The notes below the pieces were generated by a model that saw nothing but the letters and a program-made list of their open reading frames with translations, searched no databases and was not told the DNA's origin. The position numbers were made by a program, and so were the translations under genes. Shown here in pieces: positions 12,444 to 25,520 of a DNA stretch of 64,000 bases. Position 1 is the stretch's first letter, and each line of letters opens with the position of its first letter. Source of the DNA: Magallana gigas (taxonomy: Eukaryota); assembly GCF_963853765.1 (NCBI RefSeq), contig NC_088854.1, positions 23,498,001-23,562,000 on the forward strand. Direction: 5' to 3'.

Positions 12444-12816
12444 TATATAAATAGTGCCTGTTTGGGAGGGTAACAGTTGAAATTGACACCCCGAGAAAAC
12501 CATTGTCAACCGACGCGAAGCGGAGGTTGACAATGGTTTTCGAGGGGTGTCAATTTCAACTGTTATCCTCCCAAACAGGCACTATTTATTTTGTTATACT
12601 GAATGTCTTTTTTAAAATTTTTAAGAAAATTTTACTGCTTTTATATAGGAATAACGTGAATTCTACAGCGAACCGTACGCGCATAATTTTCGCGCATGTA
12701 ACATTTTTTAATGTTACCCGTTGCCAAGTGCGTTGCTAACGCTGAGGGTAATAGTAAATATTATTAACTGCGTCTTAACCAATCAGACTTCAGTATTTAA
12801 CATGAAAGTATAACAA
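12444..12816 (+). mobile_element. Non-autonomous element with long hairpin (Crypton-like), copy 1
   Basis: About 60-bp-arm hairpin atagtgcctgtttggg...GACGCGAAGCGGA...cccaaacaggcactat followed by an aaccaatcaga motif; a near-identical reverse-complement copy lies at 18996-19361. Confidence 0.7.
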
Positions 12817-14084
12817 ATATACTTTCACAACTGGCGCACGAGCACTTTACAACACTTTGCGATCGTTATGTTTTAGCTTCGCAGTTCGCACGAGCTATCG
12901 CATATATACTTTGCACGAGTTCTCGCATTCGTTGCATCCGTGTTAGGGGTCGCATCAAGTCTCCTCAAAATAGTGGACATGCACACATTTCAGACGCGAC
13001 CGAGTGCGATCCATATTATCGAAATGCAACGCACAAACATGTATACGAACACCTTACATTGTTTTGTTTACTCTTAAGAGTGATGCACGATTTTTTAAGG
13101 TCGTAAGATGAAAAATCTTGACAATTCAAAAAAAGGGAGATTCTCCATTCTCCAATCATAAAAATCCTAATCCCCATTATTTTTACGCAGTCGCTCCCAA
13201 AAAGAAATTAGTTGGGAAGGGGAGGGTTCCACTATAAATCAATTTGATGATTGCAACAAGAACAAGAGATTCGTTAGAGTTTATTTGATCAGAAGACTAA
13301 AAGTATATTAAGTTTCAGTATAATTTTACGCTGGCCAAATAGTAGATGTTCAGTTTTGTGGGGTCCCCCCCCCCCCCCCCCCCCGTTTAATAGATTTTAC
13401 TATGCATGTAGGTAAATGAAAGTTATTGAATTTGAAAAAGAACTAAATGAACCATCCACTTTTTGCCAAGAGCAAAAATGATATTGAAACTTATTTTTAA
13501 AAATTGTAATGGAAAGAATTTTATGTAATTGTAATTTAATGCATTACATTTCAAAGTAATTGACCCCAGGTCCGATATAGGTTTATGATAAATTTTATGA
13601 AGCCCATTACACGTGGAGATTCCCCCGGTTTACTACTAATGGTTTACAACAGCATATTACCCGAAAAGTGGTTATGTATAAATATTGGCTGCAAATTCCT
13701 GCAAGCCACTTGATATTTGTTCGATACTTCGGGCTTGGAATTCAAATGCTAACTAATCGGGCTTGGGATTTCATATAAGACGATTTCTGAGTTCGAACCG
13801 AAACCATTAACCATCTATCCTGATTTTCTGTGATTAAAACAATTCAAAAACGAAGATTCGACATGCTGTTAAATATGCACGAATGTCGTTCTGCAGACGT
13901 TTATGTAAGGAAGTCATTTTATTTATGTCTGTGATTTAACAGTTTAAGAGACCCTTGAAGTCAGCTGTGCATCATATCATCATCATGATCATCATTCTAA
14001 TATTGTCTAATTCTTACCGTCCACGTATATTTTCCTGCTATCACTAAATTTAAAGTTTGCATGTGTGAATACTGGGCGCTATAT

Positions 14085-14165
14085 AGCTTAGGTAGCGGGG
14101 CACCTGACTAGAGACTCGGGGTATCTGGGTTTGAATACCTGTCTGGTCCGTCATTACTCCTCCCA
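14085..14165 (+). mobile_element. Degenerate tRNA-derived SINE head
   Basis: tagcttaggtag (A-box-like) and ggtttgaatacc (B-box-like), related to the copy at 24348-24415. Confidence 0.45.
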
Positions 14166-14324
14166 ACCCTTTATACATGTTAATTATAATGAAAAGAATT
14201 TCACATGGTTCATATACCGGTATTTGGCAAGATATAGAATTTGCCCTAGGTCAGCATGTTCAGATTCCAAAAATTAATTGGAGTTAATTTTTTACAGGCA
14301 TAAAGGAAAGGAAGAACAAGGAAA

Positions 14325-17300
14325 ATGAAACCAACACACCAAGTTTTAGTAGGTTGTGGAGTGGTTGTCTTTGCTGTGGGTTACTACTATCAGCTGATTG
14401 GAACAGTCCTTTCTCTGCTGGTACAGATTGTTATTGCTGGATTGGCAGTGTATCTAGGGGTGTCATGGTCTCTAGTTCAAGGCAAAATGTACAAACCAGC
14501 AGCTCAGCCAAGGGAATCAAAGATGGCACAAGAACTCATAAAACAAATGGTAAAAAATGTCCCAAATATTTATCCAATTCCTATTTTTATTGTACTTTGT
14601 TAATTTTATTGCAATATTTGACATGTTTACACTTCTTTAAACTTTTCATTTAATATTTCACAATGACAATTGCCAAAAGACTATCAATTTGCATAATGTG
14701 ATGTTTTAATATCTGTGTGTTATATTCATTCAATTTAATAATCCTTCCTTTTTAAAAGCAAAAATCAAACGCAATTAAAGATGAATAGTTTGATATTTTT
14801 AATAAATACATGTATCTCTTTAAAAAACACCAAAAACAACAATTTAAAGATAAAGCTATATCTCAGACTACCATAACTGTTGAATTAACCATATGCTATA
14901 CAACACCATCTGTAATTAAAACAAATTTCTTGCTTTTTTTGTTTGATACAGGAAAAGCGTTATGAGAAAAAGTCTGATATGAAAAAGGTTGTGATTACCA
15001 GAAATGTAGATAGTGCCCTACAGGAAGTCTTGGATCTCACCATCAGGGACCATATCTTGTCATGGTACTCGGACCTCTCCAAGGACCAGGAGGCATTTCT
15101 GAGTTCCCTCAGGTAAAGTATTTTTTCCAATTTTTGTTTAGTTTACCTGAAACTTTGAAGACTTATCATGTTTATACATGTATATATAAATTTTTACCTA
15201 TGGTTACAAAACTGTGTTTTTTTTCTTCTATGGTTTTAACAAACTCTAGTAAATAATTTTATCAATGTGTGTTGTTATTTTGACTATACAGTAGATAACA
15301 GGTAATGTTAGATGTGGAATACCGGTAAAATGCATTTTTAATTTCATACTTTTTCTTAAACATATATGACAGTACCTTTCTACATGCATTGTGTTAATAT
15401 TTGAACATTAAACCTAATCAATAATATAAACTAGTTTTAACATCTACTCTGCATATTCTGTTGCAGATGTGACATGTGGCATATGATTGATGCTCTGACA
15501 AACCGTTTAAGAAGGATAGACAAAATGAGGTTAATTTCAAAGGATGTGGTGCTGATTATACACAAACATTTCCAGGAGGTCAGAGAATACAGGAGAAGGC
15601 AAGGCTTCAAAGATCTATGAAAAATCTCCTCTCTTTTTTCTGTCTGCTTTTATAAAAAAGTGATATATACAGATTTTAAAAAAAACCTGACCAAATCTCC
15701 ATGGTTGAACTCTTCAAAACACCTATAGAATAATCATGTACCAGTAGCTGGATTGTAAAAGTAAACACATAGCATTTAACTTTGAAAAGGTTGAATAGTT
15801 GAACATCTGTTTCAAATATAACACAGTAATTTACATGTATTTGTGTATTTAGGGAAGATGACAAAATAGCCAAAAAATTCATTCTGCAGCCTTGGCTGGA
15901 GAACAGTGAGACAGAGACCGAGTTTCTGAGGAAGGTTTGTGAGACACTGTTGATAGCTCTTCTACCTAAGGAGTATGCTAATTGCCACACGCTGAGGCGG
16001 CTACTCAGGGAGATCCTCACCTCGGCAGGTAAGATACAGTTCCAGACTTTGAAGTTCTGAGCTATGATAGTTATGGTAGAGTTCTGAGATCATTTTTATT
16101 TATCTGTATACACATTTACAGTAAAACACGCTTATAATGAAGTGTCAGGGATGGACAATTTTGGTTCATTATTTGCATAATTTGTTATATTTGTCAAGTT
16201 TTTAACATGTGATAAAGTCAGAGGGAGTGAAAATCAGTTCGCTGTAAGTGTCAATTCATTCTATGCTCGTTTGCTATAACTCTGTTTTACTGTAGTAATT
16301 TACATGTAGACAGTGCGTTTTCAAAATCCCACAAACACCTAGCTGATCTCTATAAATCTTTGTAATTGTACAGGTACATGCACATATTATTGGTAAAGAA
16401 TTGAACATTGGTTACAAATGAATTTAAATTTCAAAAGAACATTTGATCTTTACAGTTTTGAAGCCATCAGTAGATATGTTGTGTGACCCTGACTACATCA
16501 ATCAAAAGCTGATAAACTACATAGACTATAGACGTCAGCTGTCAGAGGACACACGTAAGAAGTACACATATGCAGCCACCTACGAACAGTTTGTAAAACT
16601 CATAGACAAGTGTGAAGACCTTGAGGCCTTGAAGCAAATCAGGTGACTTACATAAAAAAATCATCAGTTGATTTTTTTCAAATGAAAAAAGACTGGTAAC
16701 TTAATAATCTTTGCTTTTCGTATTTGATCAAAATAATACTTTTGGATCTTCACTTGAGAATTATGCAATACAGATTCTGCTGAAACTGAATATTTCATAT
16801 GTCAACTATAGTACACTTTTGGTATAGTGTATATTTTTATGTATTTGTAGATACAATATCATGACAGAAATCATCCATGCTACAACCATTCAGAACCTCA
16901 AGCAAGAGCAGAACATTCCAGGTATTTCATTACATGATATGGCCTTTGCATATTAAGTTTCTATTCATCTATCCATCTTTTAGTCATTCTTTTATTATGA
17001 CATAGAAATTTCCCGAAACTTTTATTGGCAGTGGTTTGAAAGTAAATTTTATGTGAAACACTCATTTCAAATCTAAGTTTTGATCAATGCATATATATTC
17101 AGTTATGTACATATCTCATTTATTTTAAAGATAAACCTTTAAAACCCGGTGAAAAGGGACCATCCCGAGGTATGGGCAAAGGAGACTTACTAAAAGCAAG
17201 GAATCTGAAAAGATATATCAATCAGGTATTTCTGAACTATGATATAAAAATGGTAACATTGATGTGCATTAAAAATTTTGCTTACCATGTTAAAAACTTT

Positions 17301-20300
17301 ATAATATGTGTAGATCATTATTTGTCATGTAATGAAACTAAAAAAATGTATGGCTTTAGTTTCCATTTTTGTTCAGCTTACTATTGCAAAAGTGCACAGT
17401 GAAAAGAGAATCCATTCTCTTGGTGGAATAGATTACAAGAGCTATGAAACAACAGAAGACTCTGAAAAATCGGGGGCTCCAAGTGCCAAGGTCAGCATTT
17501 ATTTAATGCAACTGGAGCATTGTTTTTTGTTTGTCATGAAACATGGTATGTAACTTATTCTCATATCAACCATTTTATCATTTCATTCAATTCTATGAAA
17601 TAAATGATTACATAATGTTTATTGTGCTTAATGGAATTCATGCCCTATCATCATTAATTGATGTATATCCTCTCCTTTGAATTAATTATAGATCCTCTCC
17701 CTTTAATAAATTGTAGATCCTCTCTTTTGAATAAATTGTAGATCCTCTCCCTTGAATACCAGTAATTTGTAGATCCTCCCCCTTGAATAAATTGTAGATC
17801 CTTTTCTTTGAACTTATTGTAGATCATCTCCTTTGAATTTATTGTAGATCCTCTCCTTTGAATTTATTCTAGATCCTCACCTTTTAACTATTGTAGATCC
17901 TCTCCTTTGAGGAAGTGATGGAGTCAGCTGATGCAAGGATGGAGTTTTACAAGTTTTTAGAAAAAGATGACAACCAGTCCTTACTAGGGTAAATCATTGA
18001 TACTCATACATGTACTTTTATAATTCTCTTCGATATAAATGTATGTATATCCTTGTACTAGTTAGCTTTGAAAGATCTATATCTGCCTGATTTCATAAAG
18101 AAAAACAAAACTTAAAAAGCATTTTAGATTTATAATTATTTCAAATTAATTATTAAAAAGAAGATGTACTTAAGATGTATCAGATATATTGTAAAGATGA
18201 TCGTAAACTTTCCTGTGTTGATAAGTAGTCTTGCAGTTTTTCTTTATTGTTAACATGTTTTTAACTCAATGTTTGAAAATTTCCTTAGGTATTGCACAGA
18301 TGTTGAAAGAATCCAAAATGCAGAGAAGGTAAATTGTCAATTGATAACTTCAGATCTCTATAATAACTTGCTTCAAAGTTTGACATTTTGATTTTTAAAG
18401 GGATGCTGATGCACATATAGATAAATGAAGATAAAGTACAAATCTGACTTGTGTAAAAGTTGTCATGTCATTTCATAATTAAGAATTAAAGTAGGTAAGA
18501 ATTGACTTTTTATATTCAGTTTGACTTACTGTGTTTGTGTGTTTGTGACTTTTTTTTCAGAGGAAACAATACCAGTTAGGGAAGGAGATCTTTGACAAGT
18601 ACATTGCCAGTAGTACAAGTGCAGTCAAGTTGGAGAGAGGACTTGTGAGGGAAATGGAATCTTTCTTGCTAGGTAACTCTGCGGTAAGTTAACAACGTCA
18701 ATCTACAGGTATATACATGTATCTGTAACAACTTTGTGATCTCTTAAAACTTGAGTCTTCAGTTTTAAAAATGAAATTACATTTACTGATGTGATAGGGT
18801 CCTGAAGCCTTTGAGATGGGACAGAGGGCAGTTTTGGATCTTTTGAAGAAACAGTATTATCCCTCATTCCTTGTCAGTGATACTTACCAGAAGTATATAC
18901 AATCCTTAGAACTGGAAAATCCCTCAGCAGCCTCAGATCAAAGGAGAGGTATATACCATGTTACTCCTATGCTACTTTAGATTCCTTATTTTATGTTGTT
19001 ATACTTTCATGTTAAATACTGAAATCTGATTGGTTAAGACGCAGTTCATAATCTGTTCTATTACCCTCAGCATTAGCAACGCACTTAGCAACGGTAACAT
19101 TACAAATTGTAACATGCGCGCAAATTATGCGCGTACAGTTCGCTGTAGAATTCATGTTATTCCTATATAAAAGCAGTAAAATTTTCTTAAAAATTAAGAC
19201 ATTCAGTATAACAAAATAAATAGTGCCTGTTTGGGAGGATAACAGTTGAAATTGACACCCCTCGAAAACCATTGTCAACCTCCGCTTCGTGTCGGTTGAC
19301 AATGGTTTTCTCGGGGTGTCAATTTCAACTGTTACCCTCCCAAACAGGCACTATTTATATACTAGTACCCTCGGTACTTTATACATGTACTTCAATACCC
19401 CCAATTTCTATCATATTGCAATAATTTATTATAGCAAACACCAAGTTTTCATACAATTTTATGTAGTTTACAACTGTTCAAATATAAAAGTGAGATTTTA
19501 AAATCTACGAGGTTTAAGTTTTATGTACTTAATAACTCTGTCTGTTTAATTAAGGATATACAGTTCATGGATTTGGTGAAATTAATTCACCGATGAGTCT
19601 TTCATTCATGTACTTTAATACAAATTCACAAATATTATCCAATGCTTCACACCTTTACAGAGGGGCCGTTTTTCCAGCCTGACAGTGATGATGAAGAGGA
19701 ATACATGGACTTTAACTGTGATGACAGTGTTATCTTTAAGGACCAATCTTACTTCGCTGATCAGAAGATGGAAATACTAGACGAAAAAATTCAGAACAAG
19801 TCACATGCCCTCAAAGCCATCAGGGAGTCCCGTACAGTGGAGGACTCAAAAGTAGGTCTTGGAGAATATAACTCTGGTTTACTGTGCATAATGCTATTAT
19901 TTCCATTTGAAAATGCATTGGAGAAAATGAAATATATGTAGTCTTATTTACCGGTAATCTCTTTTTTACCTGTGTTTTTGCAATTTAAAGAAATATTTCA
20001 GAATGATTTTGATATTTGTACAATGTACTGGTATTTGGAAATTCTACAAGTCTCATATGTTTACCTGTTTTTGCAAATCAGGCACAGAAGATAGAGAGAG
20101 ACCTTGAGAGAGAATTGGATGCATTGGTTCAGCTAAGAAGGAATTTAGAGATCCACATCTTGAGAACACAGAACTGGTGTGAGAACCAGGGGTCATGGAG
20201 GGTGGCAGTGTATGAAGCGGAGGTCAGTGTGGAGCATTGGTGATGTGGTGTTAGATGTGGGGGTTATATTGTATGAAATGAGAGCATTATAGTGTGAAAC

Positions 20301-23300
20301 ATTAGTCTTCAGTCATTATGTAATCATCCATGTAGTTGTATAAAACATGCATTGAAAAAAAAACATCAGGTCATGATTTTTTATGAAACAATCAAGATAT
20401 TAAAACATATTACTGGTATTCAAACTTTTTAAATTCTGTCGAAATGCCCAGCATCTTGAACAAGTTTTAATGTTTAGCATTTGGAAACAAAAAACAAAGA
20501 TGTAATTGTTGAAATGCATGTAAAAAAAAAAGCATACATGCACAAAAACTATCAATTTACAATAATTATATTCTTTGAGTCAATTACATGTGTATGAAAT
20601 ATAGGAAAATATAGGAAGAAACTGTATTTTTCATGAAGTACAATATGTAAAATTTAAACTACATATATATACTGTATATCATATATATACATTGTCAATA
20701 ATGTTCATGTACATACATGTATATCAGAGATTCTAGAACTTGTATTCAACATGAACTTAAAATACATGTACTGTTTCACTCGAGATCCTCTGGCTTTTCT
20801 GATCAATATGACTACATGTATGTATGCACATAAATTTCACAATGCTTTGTTTTCAGTCCATTAAATTTGCTTTATGTCACACAGATTCAAGAGGTAGAGG
20901 ACAAGAGAATACCTACATTTGTTTTAATTGTGCACCTCGCAGGGAAGGAAAAGTCCCATAATCTTCAGCAAAGTACGGAGGGCTGGCTGGTCACCAGAAC
21001 TATCCCAGAATTCAACAGACTGCACGAGCAACTCATTGAGGTGAGTGCATCATACCAATATACTGTGGAACACTTTTAGGTGGTTCCAAAGCATGTTGAA
21101 GGGTTAATTATTCCATTAATAATTGTGGCCAAATGTATTGTTTTACAGATTGACCCATTGCTAAAAAAGAAAGAAATGCCGTCTGTGAGAAGATTCACCA
21201 CTTTGGATGAGAAATTCCTGGATGACTGTAAAAGAATGCTAAATGACTATCTTACTGTAAGTGAGCAAGCAAATGTACAGAAAAATCATATAAGTTTCAT
21301 TTTCAAATGAGAGGGTGATGGTGTGAAGAATTAAATATTTTGTTGTAACAGTAGGCCTTTACGGTATATTTTATAATAAAAAATTGTTATAATTACCAGC
21401 CAGGATGAGAGAAAGTGGTGTTTATGTCATTCGATTTAAATACTGGTACATGTATCGGTAATATGTTAAAATTAAGGCTTTGTTGCATGGAGTTGTATAC
21501 CTCTACATTTATATCCCTATGGGTCCTTTTCTTGAAAGATCATCATGGAGGATGCAGTTTTGGCTCAGTGTGAAGCCTTGTATGGATTCCTTACCCCTAA
21601 TCCAGAGTTTTTCCTTCAAAGAAAACAGGAGAAGAAAAAAGAGTTCTTTTTAACATCCATAATCAAAAGGTCAGGAATTTATAAACATTAACATTGTAGA
21701 TGAATTTCATGATTTTTCTTTTAATCTACTTACATGTAATATCCTACCAGGTTTAATACACCCATCATTTGACTTTGACAGGCTATAGATAATAGTTGGG
21801 GCTTTTCAGTTATTGTGTCATTTAGCATTTATGATTTTTATGTCAGGGTCATATATTTTGAATTTTGAGGCCCAAGATCATCAAAATTAGTTGATTTACC
21901 TGAAGAAAGATGTGTCACAGGTAAACTAGAAGTAGATAATCACTATGGCTTCATGTTGGAAAATTTTGATTATGAAGACAAATCTTTTGCATTTTTTTAG
22001 CCTATTGATGCCGTTATGCGTTGTGTGTATGGGGGAGGGGTGGTATATGTGTTGCAATCTAAAAGTATAGGTCAGTGGTCTCATTTTGAAATACCATTGA
22101 TACTCTTAATCAATTTGTTTCAGGGAGTATCTAAAATTCTTTCTCACAAATGACTTCTTTGGGTATGCTAATATTGATATATATGTACATCTTGTACAGG
22201 TAGTTCCAGATGGGTGTATTATGTACCTAGACTGTGCACTTTATCACTATAACTTGTAATAGATCATTTAAAAGAACACTCTGAACATACTGATAATGGA
22301 CATTTTGTACTTTTGACACCTACCTCTTTCAATGTTGAATTTATCAAATTTTTTTACAGCATAATGCTATATACGTATTCATACGTCATGGATATGTATT
22401 TCTTTTTCTTCTCTGTCTTTTCAACTTTATGTATTTGATGCATTAAGTAACATACTAAAAAGGAGTGGGATGATATACAGCAGGGGTACATACTGCCATT
22501 TCTTGCTAAAATACTGTAAAAAGTACATGCTATTCATTACTAATTTAAGTGCATAATTACAAAATCAATCAAAATTTTGACGATGAAATAGCAATAGAAA
22601 TTGTAGCATGATTTGTGGACTGGATGTCAATGATTTTATCAAATTCTTTGCTTTATTTTTATTGTTTGCACTCGTATGTGAAACGGCATACACAGACCAA
22701 CATGTGCCAGTGATGGTTTTTATGTATTTCATTGTTAAGACAAATAAATGGGTTCTACGATGTTTGATAATATTTGTTATATGATATAAAAATATAATAT
22801 AGATGTATTGATATATTGAATCAATCAAGATATGTATCCTATATCGTCCACCATTTATACTAATATTCTTATAGCATGTGATATCAAAAGCCTTCTCCTT
22901 GTTCTATAGCATCGGCCAGATCAAGCAAGAGAATGTTGATGAACTGAAACTGGTTGAGGAGGAGGATGATGGGTAATGCAGCAGTTACTTGTTAATATTC
23001 ATCCTTAGTGATTAGAGAGTTCAGAGTATACACGTTTTATATAAAATCTACCTGCCTAAACTGGGTGATTTTCAATGGGTAAGATGATAAGCTATTTTTC
23101 ACCTGAGTTAAAGGCTGAAATGATCTTTTCTGATTAAATTTCTTCAGTGTCATTAGTTGAATGGTATTTTTTAAGTTTGTTTTAAATCATGACCCAAGAA
23201 AGAGAGGATAACTACTGTTGAAATTGTTGCGGAAACAAGTTAACATAGCAGATTATTTGTACCATGATTCGTGCAGATCAAAGAGGGGCTTCAGTCTCTG

Positions 23301-24992
23301 GGGAAGGTGGGGGTCACTCATTTAATATATATAATGTACCAGGTAGTCTGTATGATTAATACATGTACTAATCTTTCCTTGCCCATACTTTCTTTATATA
23401 ATGCAGGGAGAATGGATTTTTCTTCTTTCTTTTTTCTTCTCTCCTTACATTACCAACAGATCTGTAATATATATCTAATAAAGACATAATTTACTGATCG
23501 ATGCTTTTTTAAAAGTCAGTTACCTGGTAATCTTTTATTTGATTTATTTCTAATGCAGTTCTAAGCTGGACCGGAAAGACTCGACTGCAGAACCATTTTA
23601 CAGACTGGTGGATGAGGTGTTTGAGTGTCATGGTATGTTTAAGTGGCTCCGGCGCAGCTTCATCATGTTCGTGGAAGTCACATTCGGAAGATCAATAAAT
23701 AGGTACAGTGTGTCATATATTAAGTAATGACCATGTTTAATGGGGATATGAAAATTTAATTGTCTCCAAAATTAAGAATTTGATATACTTATTAACACGG
23801 TACTTGGTCAGTGCTTAATAAATGAAAGGGTCATTTATTGATACAATTTACATGTATTTTCTTCAATATATATTGAATAATAGCATTTTGAATTTTAAAT
23901 CTGTAAAATTAGCATTTCAACCTTTGATTGCAGACAGCTTCGTGAGACAGTGGACTGGGTATTTTCTGAGAGTATGATTATATACTACATCTCCCTCTTT
24001 AAAAACTCCATGTGGCCCAACGGCAAGCTGGCAGAGTCACCTCCCCCGAAGACTGACAATCAGAAACTACAGACAAGGCTAGAGGCCAAGGAAAAATTCC
24101 TGAATAATATGCCAGGTAGGAAAATTGCCATTGATATTCAAACTTTAAAGGCTAATTGACTGTGAATGTATAATATTGTAGTAGGAAAGGAAGAATGAAC
24201 TTACATGTACAAGTACAATCAAATTATATGGCTGGACCACAGGGGCCAAGCCCGTTTTAACATTAATTTCAATGTAACCATAAATAAAGATTTATGGTTA
24301 TTTATGGTTACATTGAAATTAATGTTAAAACGGGCTTGGCCCCTGTGGGCTGGACAGGGAATTCAACCCTGGACCCCTGGAATGCTAGTCGGGAGCACAA
24401 CCACTGAGCTACCCAAGCTGATATACACAGTCCACATAGCTCCAACTACTACAATATTTAAGAAGTTAAAAGATACTCTCTTCAGCTTATCTTTAGTGTT
24501 CATGTTTTGTTTTATTGTCGTAGATTGTTATTATTATGTATATGATCAGATGCAGTGAGAACACTTCTAGGAGAGGAAAACGGACGGAGAGGAGCTATTA
24601 AAATGTTTGAAGTTTTACAAGACACGAGACTTAACAAACATCTGTTCTATGTAAGCACGTTAACTACTTTAGTACTTATACTCATCAAGAAATAAGTTCT
24701 GTCTATCAAGGCAGTTAGTATCTTGGTTGTATGTACTTTAAAGAGTACCGTAGATTATTGATTTCTAATCTTTAGGAAATATTCAGATTTTAGAATTTTT
24801 ATCCACTGCAGAGTTCAAAGTTTGCAGGGCTTGAAGTAATGATGAAACCCCTTTGATTTTAGGTGATATTTTCGTTTCTGCATATTTTATGATTTTTTTC
24901 TTTACATTTAGAACCTACTGGAGGTTTTCATGTTAGAAATTTGCCCAGAGCTGAGAGAGAATCCTGATTCTGTTGTGAAAGAGAGCTGCTAG
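14325..24992 (+). CDS. SNX25: Sorting nexin 25 (N-terminal TM segments, PXA, RGS, PX and Nexin_C domains), 22 coding exons, 954 aa
   Basis: Exons: 14325-14549, 14952-15112, 15467-15598, 15853-16028, 16456-16642, 16851-16921, 17131-17225, 17377-17490, 17897-17988, 18289-18328, 18561-18683, 18798-18948, 19661-19851, 20082-20222, 20885-21040, 21149-21256, 21539-21669, 22910-22972, 23559-23702, 23934-24115, 24550-24650, 24912-24992. They sum to 2865 nt with no internal stop seen. Motifs: VLDLTIRDHILSWY, LKPSVDMLCDPDYINQ, YYPSFLVSDTY, WLVTRTIPEFNRLHEQL, LRETVDWVFSESMIIYYI...WPNGKLA, NKHLFYNLLEVFMLEICPEL. AATAAA near 25183 and 25242. Confidence 0.93.
16119..16292. mobile_element. Tc1/mariner-type MITE in a SNX25 intron
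   Basis: TA|CAGTAAAACA...TGTTTTACTG|TA. Confidence 0.65.
17661..17910 (+). repeat. Tandem array of about 10 x 24-25 nt whose unit is the 3' splice site plus the first 13 nt of SNX25 coding exon 9
   Basis: Unit (aattatt)gtagATCCTCTCCTTTG; the last copy is the functional acceptor (exon starts at 17897, ILSFEEVM). Confidence 0.9.
18996..19361 (-). mobile_element. Non-autonomous hairpin element (Crypton-like), copy 2, in a SNX25 intron
   Basis: Reverse complement of 12444-12816 with few differences. Confidence 0.7.
24238..24347. mobile_element. 110-bp palindromic MITE with 8-bp TSD (hAT-like), inserted in a SINE
   Basis: CACAGGGGCCAAGCCCG TIR; GGCTGGAC at 24230-24237 and 24348-24355. Confidence 0.85.
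24348..24415 (-). mobile_element. tRNA-derived SINE head
   Basis: Minus strand reads ggTAGCTCAGTGGttgtg...GGTTGAATTCCctgtccagcc, i.e. Pol III A and B boxes without a full cloverleaf. Confidence 0.6.
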
Positions 24993-25406
24993 TGCAAGAA
25001 ATGGAGTCCAACTGATTCTGGTGTAAAGTTTTATGATTCTTTTTTTTTTTATCTAAAGAAGAAAAGTTGAATAATTACTTCCTTGAATGTCCATCTCAAC
25101 ATCGTACTAAAATGTTTGACCAAAGTCAAAACAGGCTTCACAATTGCTATATTTTGGGGTTGTGCAATAACTGTGGAAATGTATGAATAAATAAGATGAA
25201 TATATATATATATATGTGCAATATTTATTTTGAGTTAATCAATAAAATGTATCTGACTATTAATGTTTTAATTGTTGATTTTTTCTCAAAACAAAAAAAC
25301 AAAAAACAAAATTTAAATTTATTAAAACTTCGTAAAAATTAAGATAAAAATGTGCGACTTGACATTAGACATTTCCAGTTCGTAAAAGTAAACCTTTCAA
25401 ATGCAC

Positions 25407-25520
25407 AATCTAATTAAAATTAGACCTTTCATCTCGCTCTCTGTTATATATGGATACCGCTCGTGAGCGGTATCCATATATAACAGCGAGCGAGATGAAA
25501 GGTCTAATTTTAATTAGATT
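25407..25520. repeat. Palindrome with about 55-bp arms (Crypton-like non-autonomous hairpin)
   Basis: aatctaattaaaattagacctttcatctcgct...ccgctc-gt-gagcgg...agcgagatgaaaggtctaattttaattagatt. Confidence 0.75.

Noticed and set aside
12503-12739. ORF MSTDAKRRLTMVFEG... repeated at 19012-19302
   Set aside because: Chance frame through a palindromic repeat present twice; non-ATG start and no protein-like signal.
17661-17910. Regularly spaced 25-nt repeats resembling a CRISPR array
   Set aside because: Units are contiguous with no unique spacers, the context is a eukaryotic intron and there are no cas genes; it is a minisatellite (reported as a finding).
24348-24415. tRNA gene
   Set aside because: A and B boxes are present but no complete cloverleaf or acceptor stem; better explained as a SINE head.
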